64,000 bases of DNA from Candidatus Omnitrophota bacterium (GTDB lineage Bacteria > Omnitrophota > Gorgyraeia > Tantalellales > Tantalellaceae): positions 17,860-81,859 of the forward strand of contig DAONGE010000003.1 in assembly GCA_035403965.1 (NCBI GenBank), written 5' to 3'. The position numbers and the translations under genes are program-made. The notes below the pieces were generated by a model that ran no database searches, was not told where the DNA came from, and worked only from the letters and a program-made list of their open reading frames with translations. Within the stretch, counting starts at the first letter, position 1. The number at the start of each line of letters is the position of its first letter. Shown here piece after piece: positions 52,101-56,568 of this stretch.

Positions 52101-55097
52101 GATCCAGAAAAAACGAGCGTGAACGAAATGATCAAATGTGTGGCAGAGTTCTATAACGCTTTTATACAAAAAGACACAAAAGACTATATCTTTCAGTCCG
52201 GAAATAATTCTTTGGGGATGAATATGGTCAATGGGATGTTGCGGCTATGGTTACCGGAAGGGATCGCGCATGGTATGCGGGATTATGATTCGTTTAAGGA
52301 CACATTGAAAGATTCGCTGTTCAGCGCGGTGGTTACAGCCAACAAACAGATAAATGGTGAAACAAAATTGGCCGCGCTTAGACGACAAATACCGCCCGCC
52401 CCCGGGCCGGTTTCTGTGGATAGTGGTGCGAATAAGGAGGGGAATGATATAAAAGAATATCTAAATATCGAAAATAAAGATTGCCCGAATGATGATGTTT
52501 CTAAAGCAATCAAGATTATCTCTGGCAAGGAGAGCTATGATCAAGTTGTGCTTGAGCTGGGTTGCGGGGAGGCTATAGCGGCGGGGTTTATTGCTAAGGA
52601 TAACCGCCGGGTTGGGGTGATCGCGACCGATTTGTACCCGATTGAAGCACGGGGGTCATATGGAGATGTCGCCCGGGAATGGCAAACGGGGGGATTGGAT
52701 GCACAAAATCAAAGGCTTCCCAATCTTGCAATAGTTAGAGCGACCGCAGAGATATTCTCAAAGTTACCCGACAATTCTGTGGATTATATCATTTTTAATA
52801 ACCCGGCTTCGCCCGTAATGTTTGATATTATTAGGGCTTTAATGAATGGTGAAATTGAAAGGGTTCTTAAACCGGGCGGGAAACTATTCGTTAAACCACA
52901 AACGATGGATATCGTTGAACATTACAGACCAGGGGAGAGATATTCCGGTGATTCCGAAGTTGATGGTTTTATAGCGGAACTTAAAAAGTTTGTGTCTGGG
53001 GATAGGGCCTCTTTTTACCAGCTTTTACAGGGCGGGATGGGCGGTTTAAAGATCGAGATGAGAGAAGAAGAGGAAGGAAATTTTGTTGTTTTTGGAGTTG
53101 ATTTTAACGAAAAGGCAGAATGGGCGGAACATGCAGTAAATAAAAATGTTCTCGAATGGACAAAAACTGCCGTCGCCGCGGCTGAGTCGGATAAGATTTC
53201 AGCTCCGTCCGCCGTAGCGACAAAGACTGAAGATGTGGAAAACAAAAACTTGCCGTCAACGGTTCATGGCCCAGAGACAGAACCTCAGTTGCGCGGATTA
53301 AAAGAGGCTGAAATACGGTGGAGCGAAGCACTGGAAGTTTGTAAAAATGCCGCGCTGGAAGCTGATAAGGCAATAGAGAGAATGAGAAAAACTTCCACAG
53401 CTGAAAATCGGGAGAAATTGGAGCTGGCTGTCGGGGAATTGTTTGATGCCAGGAAATCATTTAAAGTCGTGGAGACGGGCTTTTCGGGAAAAGTAACCGA
53501 ATTTTATGAGACCGGAGCGATCAATACGGAAAGATATAACGCGTATTTAAAAGATATCGAAGGTACGAAGGTTTCAAATCTAGTTGCATTAGAGGGGCGA
53601 AGGGCGCTACTTTTCAGCGATGGGGACTATGACTACTATAAAGAGCAGCTGGAAGTTTTGGTGGTAGGTTATGACCCAAATCGACCGGTTGATCCGTTTG
53701 TCAAAAAAGTCTTGGGCGTACTTAAAAAACCGTCGGCGGCTGAATTCAATGACATGTTACAGCTTAGCATACCGTCGGAGATAGGATTTAAGTTTAACGG
53801 TCATGGTATGTGGCACAGTTACAATTTTGGCGGCGCTATAAGGGATCTGATCGATATGTTGCGAAAAGGTATCGACCCGGCAAGAGCAATAAATGAGATG
53901 CCTCTTAGCGCCACTGAGGGAAGCGGTTCCGGATTTGGGGCTACGAGCCCGATCGATAGCGTTAACGGTATTACCATTGTGAGCCCTATGGGTACGTCTT
54001 TGAACGAAGGCGGTATTAAGTATGTTATCATGAGCGAATTTTATAGTGAAATAATTCCTGACCTGCAAAGGGAATTTCCAAACGTCAAATTTGTTACAGC
54101 TTTACAAGCCGTGGAAGTTTTGCGGGAAGAAATATCTAAAGGTTCTGTGACCCCAGCGGCTGAGGCGGATGAGGTTTCAGCAGTTGTCGGAAAAACCACT
54201 ATTTATGATATTTTGGGGGAGCAGGATAAGGTGCTTGGGCAGACATTAGACACTCCATGGGGGACTTATGCCGGTGGTGCGGGTGAAAAACTTTATGCCG
54301 GGGATCTAGCGGGGCAAATGAAACGTGATCCGGACGGTAATGTGGAATTTACAAATTATATAAAAGCGCTAACGGACGACTTGAACAGGGGAGTGCTGAA
54401 CATTCACCTTCTCCCGGCGTTCAATATCGAGGCGGCGGCGGTGCAAGTCAGCGGCGGGAAAAAGGCCGCGAAGGAATTTAGAAAGAAAATGGGTGTAAAC
54501 ACGTTATTGCTGCATTTTAACAACGGCGCGGGGACCACGCTCCGTGACCAGTTGAAAGCTGCGATAGATGAGGCTGAAAAAACCGTCAATAAAGATCTAT
54601 GCGTAAAGATAGGCGTTAATGTGGTCGGACAACAGCAAGAGGAACTGGAAAAAATTATGACGGAGATGCAGTTGTCCGACGCTCAGCGTAGAATGATTGT
54701 TATTGAGAGTGAAGCATTGCCGGACGGAGCGACGCTTGATAATTTTACCATGGATGAGGTAAAAGCCGTTATTGTCGGCAGCGCGATACTTAATGATAAC
54801 CGCCTGTGTGTCGATTTCGGCCTTCCGGCCGAACGGCTTATGGAGAATAGGCGCCGTATGCTTACCGCGTTTTCTGAATCCGGGATAATTGATATAGGTG
54901 AGGCGATAAACGCGGTGAACGATGACGCGCCTGGGACGATAATAAACACGGAAGTAGGTCAGATGACGGCGAATGAGCTGGACGCGATCATGAGAGAAGT
55001 CTATAAAGGAAAGGTAACTCTCCGTATAAACAAGGTCAACTGGGAAGAACTCCGCGATTACGAGGACTCAATGGCCGCCGTGCTTAAATCTCTATAA
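34116..55097 (+). CDS. Giant (6,993 aa) membrane-anchored multi-module protein. Modules recognised: TraB/Tiki-like, 2x Rossmann MTase-like, HExxH segments, 2x sacsin/Hsp90-like GHKL ATPase, GNAT, kinase-like, 2x HD phosphohydrolase, P-loop NTPase, HemK-like and class-I methyltransferases.
   Basis: A single stop-free frame runs for 20,982 nt in roughly 45%-GC DNA, which is impossible by chance. Paralogous modules repeat inside it, and a paralogous gene start is found at 63339. Two starts are possible: ATG at 34116, or ATG at 34128 with a weak 'gagag' RBS. The individual motifs are listed under the module features. Confidence 0.9.
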   Translation: MRVDMGRLSRMIDSGKVKTLFKKTVSSIVAFTFLATSFYYDNAQASNISMPVVAVDSNPVNSSTNNIQRILDPKTFTLPENLGKVVDSWAVKDALKNGDAKLVIYIQDAHCNYGAQNSISEIIDLLNKEYSVNMVNLEGGTGDYDLSVFTDIKDKAIRAKVADYFEKEGILSGAESFAANNPEKVSLWGLENTELYIKNLNVYRDSLTYKNEAEGYIKAISRDLSALKTKIYSPELLSLDMKYTAYKAGNADLKTYLLGLTETAKNEGINLKSYPNIFFMIQTLALENTINFKRAETERSILVDELSKKLPKSRMEDLAAKTIEFRSGKVSQRYFYAYLLDEAKMINLEIDTFGELKKYMLYIEIFDAVDKSRIMDEMEGLENAVRASIYTNDDERSLNTLSKNLILLKNMFNISFTRSDHKYYKDNAKGFAAEGFISFIKTESPKYGITPSADEKALALDKFREEISCFYEYSFARDEVFIKNIKMNATPSANAKCAVMVSGGFHSENMYELFRKNNISYISIMPNFKNCDGYECPYFDLLGGKYGKVLNALSGSATSNLALFSFFCKDASTVVNGEMTEAGVKTWSVLVRAMFESDLSKGPVEVKGEGDNVGYVIGGEPDPNNESITLDMDGRRVLVQRVKTAENILSATVAGDVGANAKNVGMKSVATPDDTEFLSYSKMTPEELDRVESDLVQKVRGLCMRHAGLAASASDIDNIADICRSVLWLDVYLTDRKEVEREFLESFDLITQIFHGNQILELLVSVLRFADEAERGNEDAVEFVKSVAKLQAINDVPSQDGRSQTLPYCKSRKPYLDMASGPNIIYFTADIKQNAQVEHYLVDTSLFANTYLKMVMALRNIHNVEVKQEDVLNLNFKEGSLGAVRLKNLYTYVREQVLKQIVQKYGEVDLDFHLKEYWDEYWDRVAAWLEPAAMVDGHVQIRGQIFVQSDLSVGHRANMAEIVHDMYDVLVSQKGWAFDFKLGIDKGGFRYDVLDTVIFTKPPVGGRLDSPHTFEDFLAAIESDNVHFETDSDEIQSFLANSFGNIFGKKYAWLDNGLRMLLLAATPVHELGHILAAKLSGLSAKWTFKNLFTGSVEIGRAPPKVLFAGLVSNLVGAVLSASIFAALKICSDQPILSVTGIILCYTAVTNFASFLAELIALPFGKGDLARATKSPNVENISVQSLTKSYVDEHGEQLAHERAQRMKGMMGIYAAMAISAIGAVITSLLAYFGLDIVSPAQFASLMVLSFTAVPAGMNVLSHAAYNLLTLSLRSKGAMRALGEQGDTKPLVESVAARYAMKHMGSYESTIDEVDILKLRHNEIWNIPDIDIDAKTGLPRSFESDVWKLAKKIPGIKYAKVVRADLGGIPSYHFVRGQTLIIVLDSGIDSDLVNEAVYHELRETFWLTQKDLMYELSQTSGFPPERIAHIIASAEQVTRFGKDGNLTPYHAREIARMDRKALSGLIDERTTGGRENHIFILDEVAKRYPDVKIDLNYEDLVIRQAEAELGLGEPIFRIKAENAEVATDEIDLAGLVAYLHTRDGENVNTVAGSIKANDLASKVNGMSGPQYDNFMSKIRKVREHQFSGANRPIVEIIANAIDSYVEDDRRASGSVAVNVDDRGFEVIDQGKGMSLDQVLLYLLIPSWSSKRGEGELDIGRFGVGFYSVLNYLKHEGDKLVVETSNGQEGTRIVFYIAEGDGKQLVKVRFESIPTTPKGTAVRLILPGKNFRSMEHSNVIEQYLRFNGNAPIYVNGKPINAGIMGEHEGYKVVDVGKNDLSYSEKRASKGKAYILVNGVTIFDVDLVCSNSPETILINFPKDAKLTKSRDRVICGANEREFIKEMLSVLSKDAKNIDILNALYPVIRELQRNNNDRGDNLEHFYINTIKGLVTSSHIRVLPDVPYMGQVRLQERYVLIRPELFRQLKNYRPILQEFNGHSGGYQVFVAEFMSDDIVFVHDNMVVILNSKYIPHNVEEVAALEMLMGFDDVNIQFTGADVKGGSNSKIIGENIGSEKNTSMLNNMKKWAGNFPGIVSFPLVILMKVVEGIGLFISKIPYLDVFMPRTANIGPYKGRDYTFFRHMLSSVESRILPNDDMSKDPAYVKALEERIKKDVLGKGKKRVDLWKDFLKRYNIESFDFAKTVENILDLTRKRSESMREGKSRVGESGEHQLGSEEYKGMDKLMDDPVFMADVVALEFINKISMNLLAFFSSDKEMRNCFDQMVKGLRAVGMGYGECLALFEGIVKNSSRNQRMNSHDVLVRMKGIVSCIDRLKNVNFADGEEMETFLSKLATRRWLARITYPKFDRNSHTYLVFDAKNSSPMTWDLSNFYSGNDLDDIDSPSGSYRESLVRGILLLTEILAGDKFDQRYKDKYFDILGKKFLSAERGEIAPGELAQFVMYFSGIVSVEENKDERFLDVLEKELTKLIRLCKNTIDSDGRSQYPRVSDIAVKGHSLDIVSTFTDAGDAKYLFDYLQVFSDTVRFKDVDVSLRLSLWKTIMARHIGRSEGFQEWSYTYSSTDKEGEIRIWKTAQDEYEYIVNVLCKLTDHGVTSSKDVHRIARPYVFCLDSGTDILKKDVSPDSARIGGELNTPYSLKLSTLVALYLGGAMKDKNAMEKDKTAMELLDMARSGADTAGLITEVSRETAKNSIIESINYESSDEYIFIREIIQNVLDAKGKELDVSAINGRDWCQLGFTDNVGMSIERVVKFLLIPDSTTKLEDKEARGKFGQGFFTVLKDARMVRVKTSDGTGKLVIVQMTPVRKGELIVDVDISVEIKDDASFKGTNIEWLRDSDIPQLETAIVRSKLLTYGCLIDDAELKINWTVNNTTAVINKNKELMGQIETEYGKVGLYHSGDKENVVTHRGLYVREIDKYFWDTIPVHIREQLSDYGIIIDLPAGVELISDRSDVTNKEEILSKLQPHLAKLSIIAILDLFASNKVKLGFMPYDFMKDGRNWIIPNSVKDDAAALKNGQQINVAPYVASGTLFGQLIASIPFISLKGKDEHFSLVYVLEGIENGSIFLDDIVNENIVECITTVMKRKAQSRRQAEERREKGYKEFYDITLPIEGRRDDADVYWAFSEFMKEVSVMLIAGQRENLGSAEVMFYGSVGNDKAHAFQNSSAMGWNIYSNMELFDQFSKYLRDEIPPDQAIYTIRDMFSTQLHELAHMLENTGETTHNDEFFARQKALTKSFLMSIGEISKIAEKIKHEYKGTVIDVKSFANYLLEYRDKGVSPVTLRDFPAKDIRSPKQMSVLTLTKTYAQDHAEELLKLHHLIEGQKWTTDQLLADMWKQGEYGSSKDRPFAGKWEHSFVATSADGKPIGVLIAYERPANEMQGVDGAALYVHAIAVDPMYQGSGVGKRLMLELAEQLKLRGLQYLTASRGETRIALQTGDDNLAAQKFYFNLGFEEVGRKYYPASGDGEAHSDLVLSASCEDVIKNIIGAPASVAVNNMDAFKLTHPWKDFPDQNGRYIADMIADHLSDRVYIARQIQALFPGVAIRPADLVSVSVEPGSHRSGSYKDYNIVNVTAGDKQYRFGILAGVLFKNEYSEKKLFADNGIGPRVGDMGDNEIFKRLNKLEVGMVAVQHVEGETVSELIDRGDWKEASDIYAEILRKFNTIGFFGLDIFNNGDNVIKGNDGNLYIIDHCVSEDKTDNLKYPLHVLFALMLQANSRGETEVLDTLDHEKIDEIVQMWYRDFYMDKPDSEIEDEIDKILLAAGDFSYLAQNPRDVIKTGILGYLAESLKKTAFTDTKGYEAGFAPLKDARFIAGSLAMGVVFAATSLLSGSLGVGIAFGIAAAAISVSSISYFTRSESGVRSSGNEGMSRREWLTAAGIGIISLSPVIAETVNSFIKQNNAGMEMPDIVMSDEQIRDLVATLKGMGFEIDAEMVRSSIRNSNKEKNKTMVKEIYEGMRADANIPWNRDDVYPVLFVDGLKEEGFAMAITDIPLIIVPAENIPKDKKQREAWLGEKIAHEGTHIANRELVELGAMTRLEDEAAAYRVTAAAVEKYEPLNKEGIITQRMVSSAFDVIISPSGQAKLKELVNIPFDRMYYDNIKILGNYVGIRIYQDAPEGSKVKKVVWVDVSEGEIKGIDLDLKMELSSAGKGLTSVVLAASLLPGSNREQADRISLNVYKLILKRGLEKHVGALRREGVIDKGLLDVFERALNDMFDKDLKDKDVVTWHDYTHAANMALRAMEAMENVLKENPGMSANALLLTAIAAMYHDVGYYSADPFSGARKFGHEDRSMAYVRDHERDLGILSRDAARINLMISATKVEMGSVFRDLDPLVNKISSGKASADEIARVKTLLGQNGFSVDTLGLDLSDHRDVEYLLALIYGGEILATLDVYDTRPDVAERIDDLHNEFNFDRDTINQKLADEKDSNVRAKLEMLVSTLEMSKDHLDAIGKTREFYKKYADDRVAGFGVWGKYIKGEIIDDFDAKRAGIYAIGEAAANPDLASSAQYADRHLSRADLEFISRFSVMVELERKGMPNFGSLRDIIPRAPPILSLETIIDVFNGIWNAYIYANVPSDELAAVGRFKADTIRHSILTAELIGLVIRRMEKDGQVFSDQDVRDIMIAAIFHDIGKYITAREMASNRIFAKEERPAIVHKHVDILHGNPDKGDYKKFRDVLASYGISIRGSSITAIQGMMGEHYVTAMPGQNERHRTVEMGYLLYMCDDLLGRFDGAREHKKPLEGFSSVVNMAYDRVQKVKTDAELSRDKFYIACTNALSEIMPADMMEADDVDKKTFTGLLYENAFLSFRPLVTSSSWAGIANDKVAQARVKQGLERKIITMYAEHDPSTSKSIIGYKGEKYLLEVIREVLELDVFAPDRNYVVSGLNEEFRIPGIRAKDIARSIFALADGSDAAAKEFVRAVAELAALNEIDFVKEFKQKLPKDDSDKPYLDLASGPNIAYFSNDLGASRKYYFVDRSYYVSTFLERMMELTGHNNVEIMQKDILDLDFGDESLGTVRVKNLLLYAKVPDTYWDKAAKWITPGGQLTVQADPTFKGRKDCAEMVRVLYEKLVVKDGWSFNVILGVEAQQPFDSTLDTVTFVKPKSGQRLTSNKNLDEYLASTGQKIAVKKVEEPAKPITPASREEAYWHGSMVSFDKFDENRIGFGTGANQEGWGFSVTPGKENAKEYASGAAGKLQPGQKPISIKIKINGQEVNSFAGHEKYYAKRLFNIISAGGTVEDAREALLSEVREAGDAEMEKFIANADITVNIERYLYRIDVGEDPVWLELNGKPDKSVWTMIQAQASKEGVSFGKYFNIVDGEPQVNMGREIYAALINILGSDKEASLFLDRSGITGNKSGHFYTVFPSRIKMRERIDMNENIKKGGAIVPEAEAGKGAEKRMTKEELRERVNRIQEEISTVGSFPSVKEAIKRVSEIIRSVHAKDAKRPVIVVLDGPHIGKSTTADAIMGKNTVLGENFAAETNMDSREIYFIRGDYFHEFYASSNTQGYDYLNRLDELPEKEKNRYLHLQNLKTDKADAQKGKIVLKNAMKDYGSYLQYFVNTYLSKILAESGKRVVLWDEAGGEGYFTGGAISQGDVDNPVAMIFVTLQQPLGSGSVGATVKTWDWGDVKPISAAPAAEAGKGTIPAKTEIITALISKRTGSIVDIMAGVKEDVLDKYSGIHHVPVSELDTIEINVPDGVYHGVHASSIISAHATDKYTKGKEGLKVLVIGTGMGLEAYIAAKNGATVTAVDINKDAVKCTRDLCDRLGVGERVTCMVSDLFSALGNNTYDLIVFNMPHPKLGDDNRITKDGDINVVDVGERLLNVTASEVDKYLNSQGIAVLVDSEQTRIEKIFAQNPNVNVTHDFFDVEGPSVAYILTKKDMAPAPGIGGYSVDGREMLWNVDNAMHVPWKETVRDVVQEPESKTKTLNQKNYLNNQLEVRKMFLDLLGRMKSAEKIDFAAELKKLHDVLLLGRNGDSPYIPELQTDDDMVIADETGNVQKKRISKLQEYGTEYTDWGRGRASTDGPIHNALREFLNLDPEKTSVNEMIKCVAEFYNAFIQKDTKDYIFQSGNNSLGMNMVNGMLRLWLPEGIAHGMRDYDSFKDTLKDSLFSAVVTANKQINGETKLAALRRQIPPAPGPVSVDSGANKEGNDIKEYLNIENKDCPNDDVSKAIKIISGKESYDQVVLELGCGEAIAAGFIAKDNRRVGVIATDLYPIEARGSYGDVAREWQTGGLDAQNQRLPNLAIVRATAEIFSKLPDNSVDYIIFNNPASPVMFDIIRALMNGEIERVLKPGGKLFVKPQTMDIVEHYRPGERYSGDSEVDGFIAELKKFVSGDRASFYQLLQGGMGGLKIEMREEEEGNFVVFGVDFNEKAEWAEHAVNKNVLEWTKTAVAAAESDKISAPSAVATKTEDVENKNLPSTVHGPETEPQLRGLKEAEIRWSEALEVCKNAALEADKAIERMRKTSTAENREKLELAVGELFDARKSFKVVETGFSGKVTEFYETGAINTERYNAYLKDIEGTKVSNLVALEGRRALLFSDGDYDYYKEQLEVLVVGYDPNRPVDPFVKKVLGVLKKPSAAEFNDMLQLSIPSEIGFKFNGHGMWHSYNFGGAIRDLIDMLRKGIDPARAINEMPLSATEGSGSGFGATSPIDSVNGITIVSPMGTSLNEGGIKYVIMSEFYSEIIPDLQREFPNVKFVTALQAVEVLREEISKGSVTPAAEADEVSAVVGKTTIYDILGEQDKVLGQTLDTPWGTYAGGAGEKLYAGDLAGQMKRDPDGNVEFTNYIKALTDDLNRGVLNIHLLPAFNIEAAAVQVSGGKKAAKEFRKKMGVNTLLLHFNNGAGTTLRDQLKAAIDEAEKTVNKDLCVKIGVNVVGQQQEELEKIMTEMQLSDAQRRMIVIESEALPDGATLDNFTMDEVKAVIVGSAILNDNRLCVDFGLPAERLMENRRRMLTAFSESGIIDIGEAINAVNDDAPGTIINTEVGQMTANELDAIMREVYKGKVTLRINKVNWEELRDYEDSMAAVLKSL
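34410..35700 (+). other. Giant protein module 1: TraB/GumN/Tiki-like (ChaN/erythromycin-esterase superfamily) domain, following an N-terminal signal-anchor
   Basis: N-terminal hydrophobic anchor 'VSSIVAFTFLATSFYY'. 'LVIYIQDAHCNYG' and 'CAVMVSGGFHSEN' resemble the two GxxH-type motifs of the TraB/Tiki family. The assignment is tentative. Confidence 0.3.
36540..36960 (+). other. Giant protein module 2a: Rossmann SAM-methyltransferase-like domain (paralogue of 48800..49330)
   Basis: 'PYLDMASGPNIIYF' (motif I-like), 'YLVDTS' (acidic end of beta2), 'NVEVKQEDVLNLNF' and 'GAVRLKNLY'. It aligns closely with 'PYLDLASGPNIAYF..YFVDRS..NVEIMQKDILDLDF..GTVRVKNLL'. Confidence 0.5.
37300..37930 (+). other. 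Giant protein module 3: hydrophobic multi-helix segment with an HExxH embedded in a predicted TM helix (S2P/M50-like intramembrane metalloprotease-like)
   Basis: 'LLLAATPVHELGHILAAKL' is followed by three or four hydrophobic helices and then 'AELIALPFGKGDLA', which resembles the S2P LDG region. A second hydrophobic block 'MMGIYAAMAISAIGAVITSLLAYFGL...' follows. Confidence 0.35.
38850..39300 (+). other. Giant protein module 4a: sacsin/Hsp90-like GHKL ATPase domain
   Basis: N-box 'IVEIIANAIDSY', G1 'FEVIDQGKGMS', G2 'GRFGVGFYSV' (compare Hsp90 'GQFGVGFYS'). Confidence 0.65.
42090..42500 (+). other. Giant protein module 4b: second sacsin/Hsp90-like GHKL ATPase domain
   Basis: N-box 'IFIREIIQNVLDA', G1 'GFTDNVGMS', G2 'GKFGQGFFTV'. 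Confidence 0.65.
43960..44360 (+). other. Giant protein module 5: GNAT N-acetyltransferase domain
   Basis: 'IGVLIAYE', 'HAIAVDPMYQGSGVGKRLMLELAE' (motif A Q/R-x-x-G-x-G) and 'FYFNLGFEEVG' (motif B). Confidence 0.6.
44640..45110 (+). other. Giant protein module 6: protein-kinase-like fold (atypical)
   Basis: 'VTAGDKQYRF' (Lys), a hinge-like 'HVEGETVSELI', 'GLDIFNNGDNVI' (catalytic-loop-like) and 'LYIIDHCVS' (DFG-position Asp). The assignment is tentative. Confidence 0.3.
45412..45650 (+). other. Giant protein internal transmembrane helices
   Basis: 'FIAGSLAMGVVFAATSLLSGSLGVGIAFGIAAAAISVSSISYF' and 'WLTAAGIGIISLSPVIAETV'. Confidence 0.5.
46650..47200 (+). other. Giant protein module 7a: HD-domain metal-dependent phosphohydrolase
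   Basis: 'WHDYTHAANMALRA...LLLTAIAAMYHDVGYY...FGHEDRSMAYVRDH' gives the H...HD...H...D pattern. Confidence 0.65.
47740..48200 (+). other. Giant protein module 7b: second HD-domain phosphohydrolase
   Basis: 'RHSILTAELIGLV...DIMIAAIFHDIGKYIT...HKHVDILH'. Confidence 0.65.
48800..49330 (+). other. Giant protein module 2b: Rossmann SAM-methyltransferase-like domain (paralogue of module 2a)
   Basis: 'PYLDLASGPNIAYF', 'YFVDRS', 'NVEIMQKDILDLDF' and 'GTVRVKNLL'. Confidence 0.5.
50250..50800 (+). other. Giant protein module 8: P-loop NTPase / nucleoside(tide)-kinase-like
   Basis: 'PVIVVLDGPHIGKSTTADAI' is a Walker A-like motif (compare Tmk 'GxDGxGKTT'). A candidate Walker B 'RVVLWDEAGGEG' lies downstream. 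Confidence 0.45.
51100..51620 (+). other. Giant protein module 9: HemK/PrmC-like amino-methyltransferase (NPPY variant 'NMPH')
   Basis: Motif I 'LKVLVIGTGMGLEAY', 'VTAVDIN' and motif IV 'YDLIVFNMPHP'. Confidence 0.55.
52480..52960 (+). other. Giant protein module 10: class-I SAM methyltransferase (NPPY-like 'NNPA')
   Basis: 'QVVLELGCGEAIAAGF', 'VGVIATDL', 'VDYIIFNNPASP' and 'LKPGGKLFV'. Confidence 0.55.
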
Positions 55098-55100
55098 TTC

Positions 55101-55145
55101 AATGGGGACGTCCTCCGAGATGCTACCTCGGAGGACGTCCCCATT
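55101..55145 (+). terminator. Perfect 19-bp stem hairpin immediately after the giant-gene stop, with no U-tract
   Basis: 'aatggggacgtcctccgag atgctac ctcggaggacgtccccatt'. It starts 4 nt after the TAA stop. Confidence 0.45.
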
Positions 55146-55540
55146 GCCTCGCACACTATCCCCATTCAGTTGACTTGGCGAAAAGGGAGGTTCTGTCGTT
55201 CAGACGATTTCCTTTTTCGGAGAATTTTCTAACAATTTTGGCGCCTGCGGGACTCGCTTTAACGGGACATTCGTTCTTTGGCAGAACGTATGTCCCGTTA
55301 AAGCTCAAACAGTCCTCGGCGGCCTTGTCATTCACATTCCAAGTCTTCCCAAAATAGTTATAAAATTCTCCGGGAAATCGTATTCACTCCATCCCTTCCC
55401 GTTTCGCCAAGTAGACCGAAAGGGGGTATGACTCTTTTAGCGAAGACGGAGAGCTTCATTAATCTTGTCATGGCTATGTTTCGGTGGTAACATAAACTCA
55501 TATGTTTATTGTGCTTTTAGCATAAACTAAGGGGGAAGAG

Positions 55541-56437
55541 ATGAAGAAGTTAATGCTATGCGTTGCGGTTGTGCTGGCGGTATGTCTTGTTCTTTCTGTC
55601 TCAAAAAATGTTATCGCTAAGGTTGCTATCGAAAAAGGCGTGGAGACCGTTACCGGCTTGAAACTTGAGATGCAGAGCCTGAATATCGGGATACTGAACA
55701 CGCTCGTCGGAATAAAAAACCTGAAACTTTATAACCCTGACGGGTATAAAGAAAAAGTAATGGTCGATCTGCCTGAGGCGTATGTTAACTATGACCTGCC
55801 CGCGATCTTCAAAAATATGGTGCATCTGCGCGAGGTGAGGCTTGATCTTAAAACATTCGTCGTGGAGAAAAACTCGAAAGGTGAACTGAATTTGGACGCG
55901 CTGAAACCTGTGCAGTCCGGCAAAAAAGGGAAAGCCGGCGCAAAGCAGGAGCCCGCGCAAGAGGCAAAACAGGGGAAAGCTCCGGAAATAAAGATAGATC
56001 TTTTAACGTTGAAGATAGGCAAGGTCGTATATCTGGATTATTCAAAAGGCGGGACCCCGCAGATGCAGGAATTTAACTTGAACATCAACGAACAGTATCG
56101 TGATATCACCGATCCGAATGCTCTGGTAGGGGCAATAGTGGTGAAGGCCCTTATGAATACAACGATAGGGCAGTTGGCGAATTTTGATGTAAAAGGTCTT
56201 CAGGGACAATTCGGGAATACCTTGGCCGGCGCGCAAAAACTTACCGGCGAGGCGCAGACGAAACTAGTGACAGCGACACAGGGTATGCAAAAGACGCTTA
56301 CAGATTCAACTTCGACCGTAGCACAGAAAACTCAGGCTGTTACTGACGCGGCAAAGACTACTACCGAGACGGTGAAAAAGACCGCTGAGGATCTGACTAA
56401 ATCTTTTAAACTGCCGTTCGGCGGAAAAGAAGAATGA
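55541..56437 (+). CDS. Exported hypothetical protein with Thr/Gln/Lys-rich C-terminal low-complexity tail
   Basis: RBS 'aagggggaagag'. Signal peptide 'MKKLMLCVAVVLAVCLVLSVS'. No family recognised. Confidence 0.6.
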   Translation: MKKLMLCVAVVLAVCLVLSVSKNVIAKVAIEKGVETVTGLKLEMQSLNIGILNTLVGIKNLKLYNPDGYKEKVMVDLPEAYVNYDLPAIFKNMVHLREVRLDLKTFVVEKNSKGELNLDALKPVQSGKKGKAGAKQEPAQEAKQGKAPEIKIDLLTLKIGKVVYLDYSKGGTPQMQEFNLNINEQYRDITDPNALVGAIVVKALMNTTIGQLANFDVKGLQGQFGNTLAGAQKLTGEAQTKLVTATQGMQKTLTDSTSTVAQKTQAVTDAAKTTTETVKKTAEDLTKSFKLPFGGKEE

Positions 56438-56568
56438 TCAGAGATTAAATTGGATATTGAAGGTGGAGGGGCTATAATAGCCCCTCCACCTTTTTTTAGC
56501 TTGCCGGTGGAGCCGAATTTTGGTATATTTCGATTTGTTTTTATGACGTAAGAAAATGTGAGGTTAAA

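Noticed and set aside
34116-55097. Giant ORF as an assembly chimera of several genes or as a repetitive adhesin
   Set aside because: There are no in-frame stops over 21 kb. Internal modules are paralogous but not tandemly repetitive, and a partial paralogue elsewhere (63339..) shares the same N-terminus. This is consistent with a genuine giant gene. Absence of misassembly still needs read-level confirmation.
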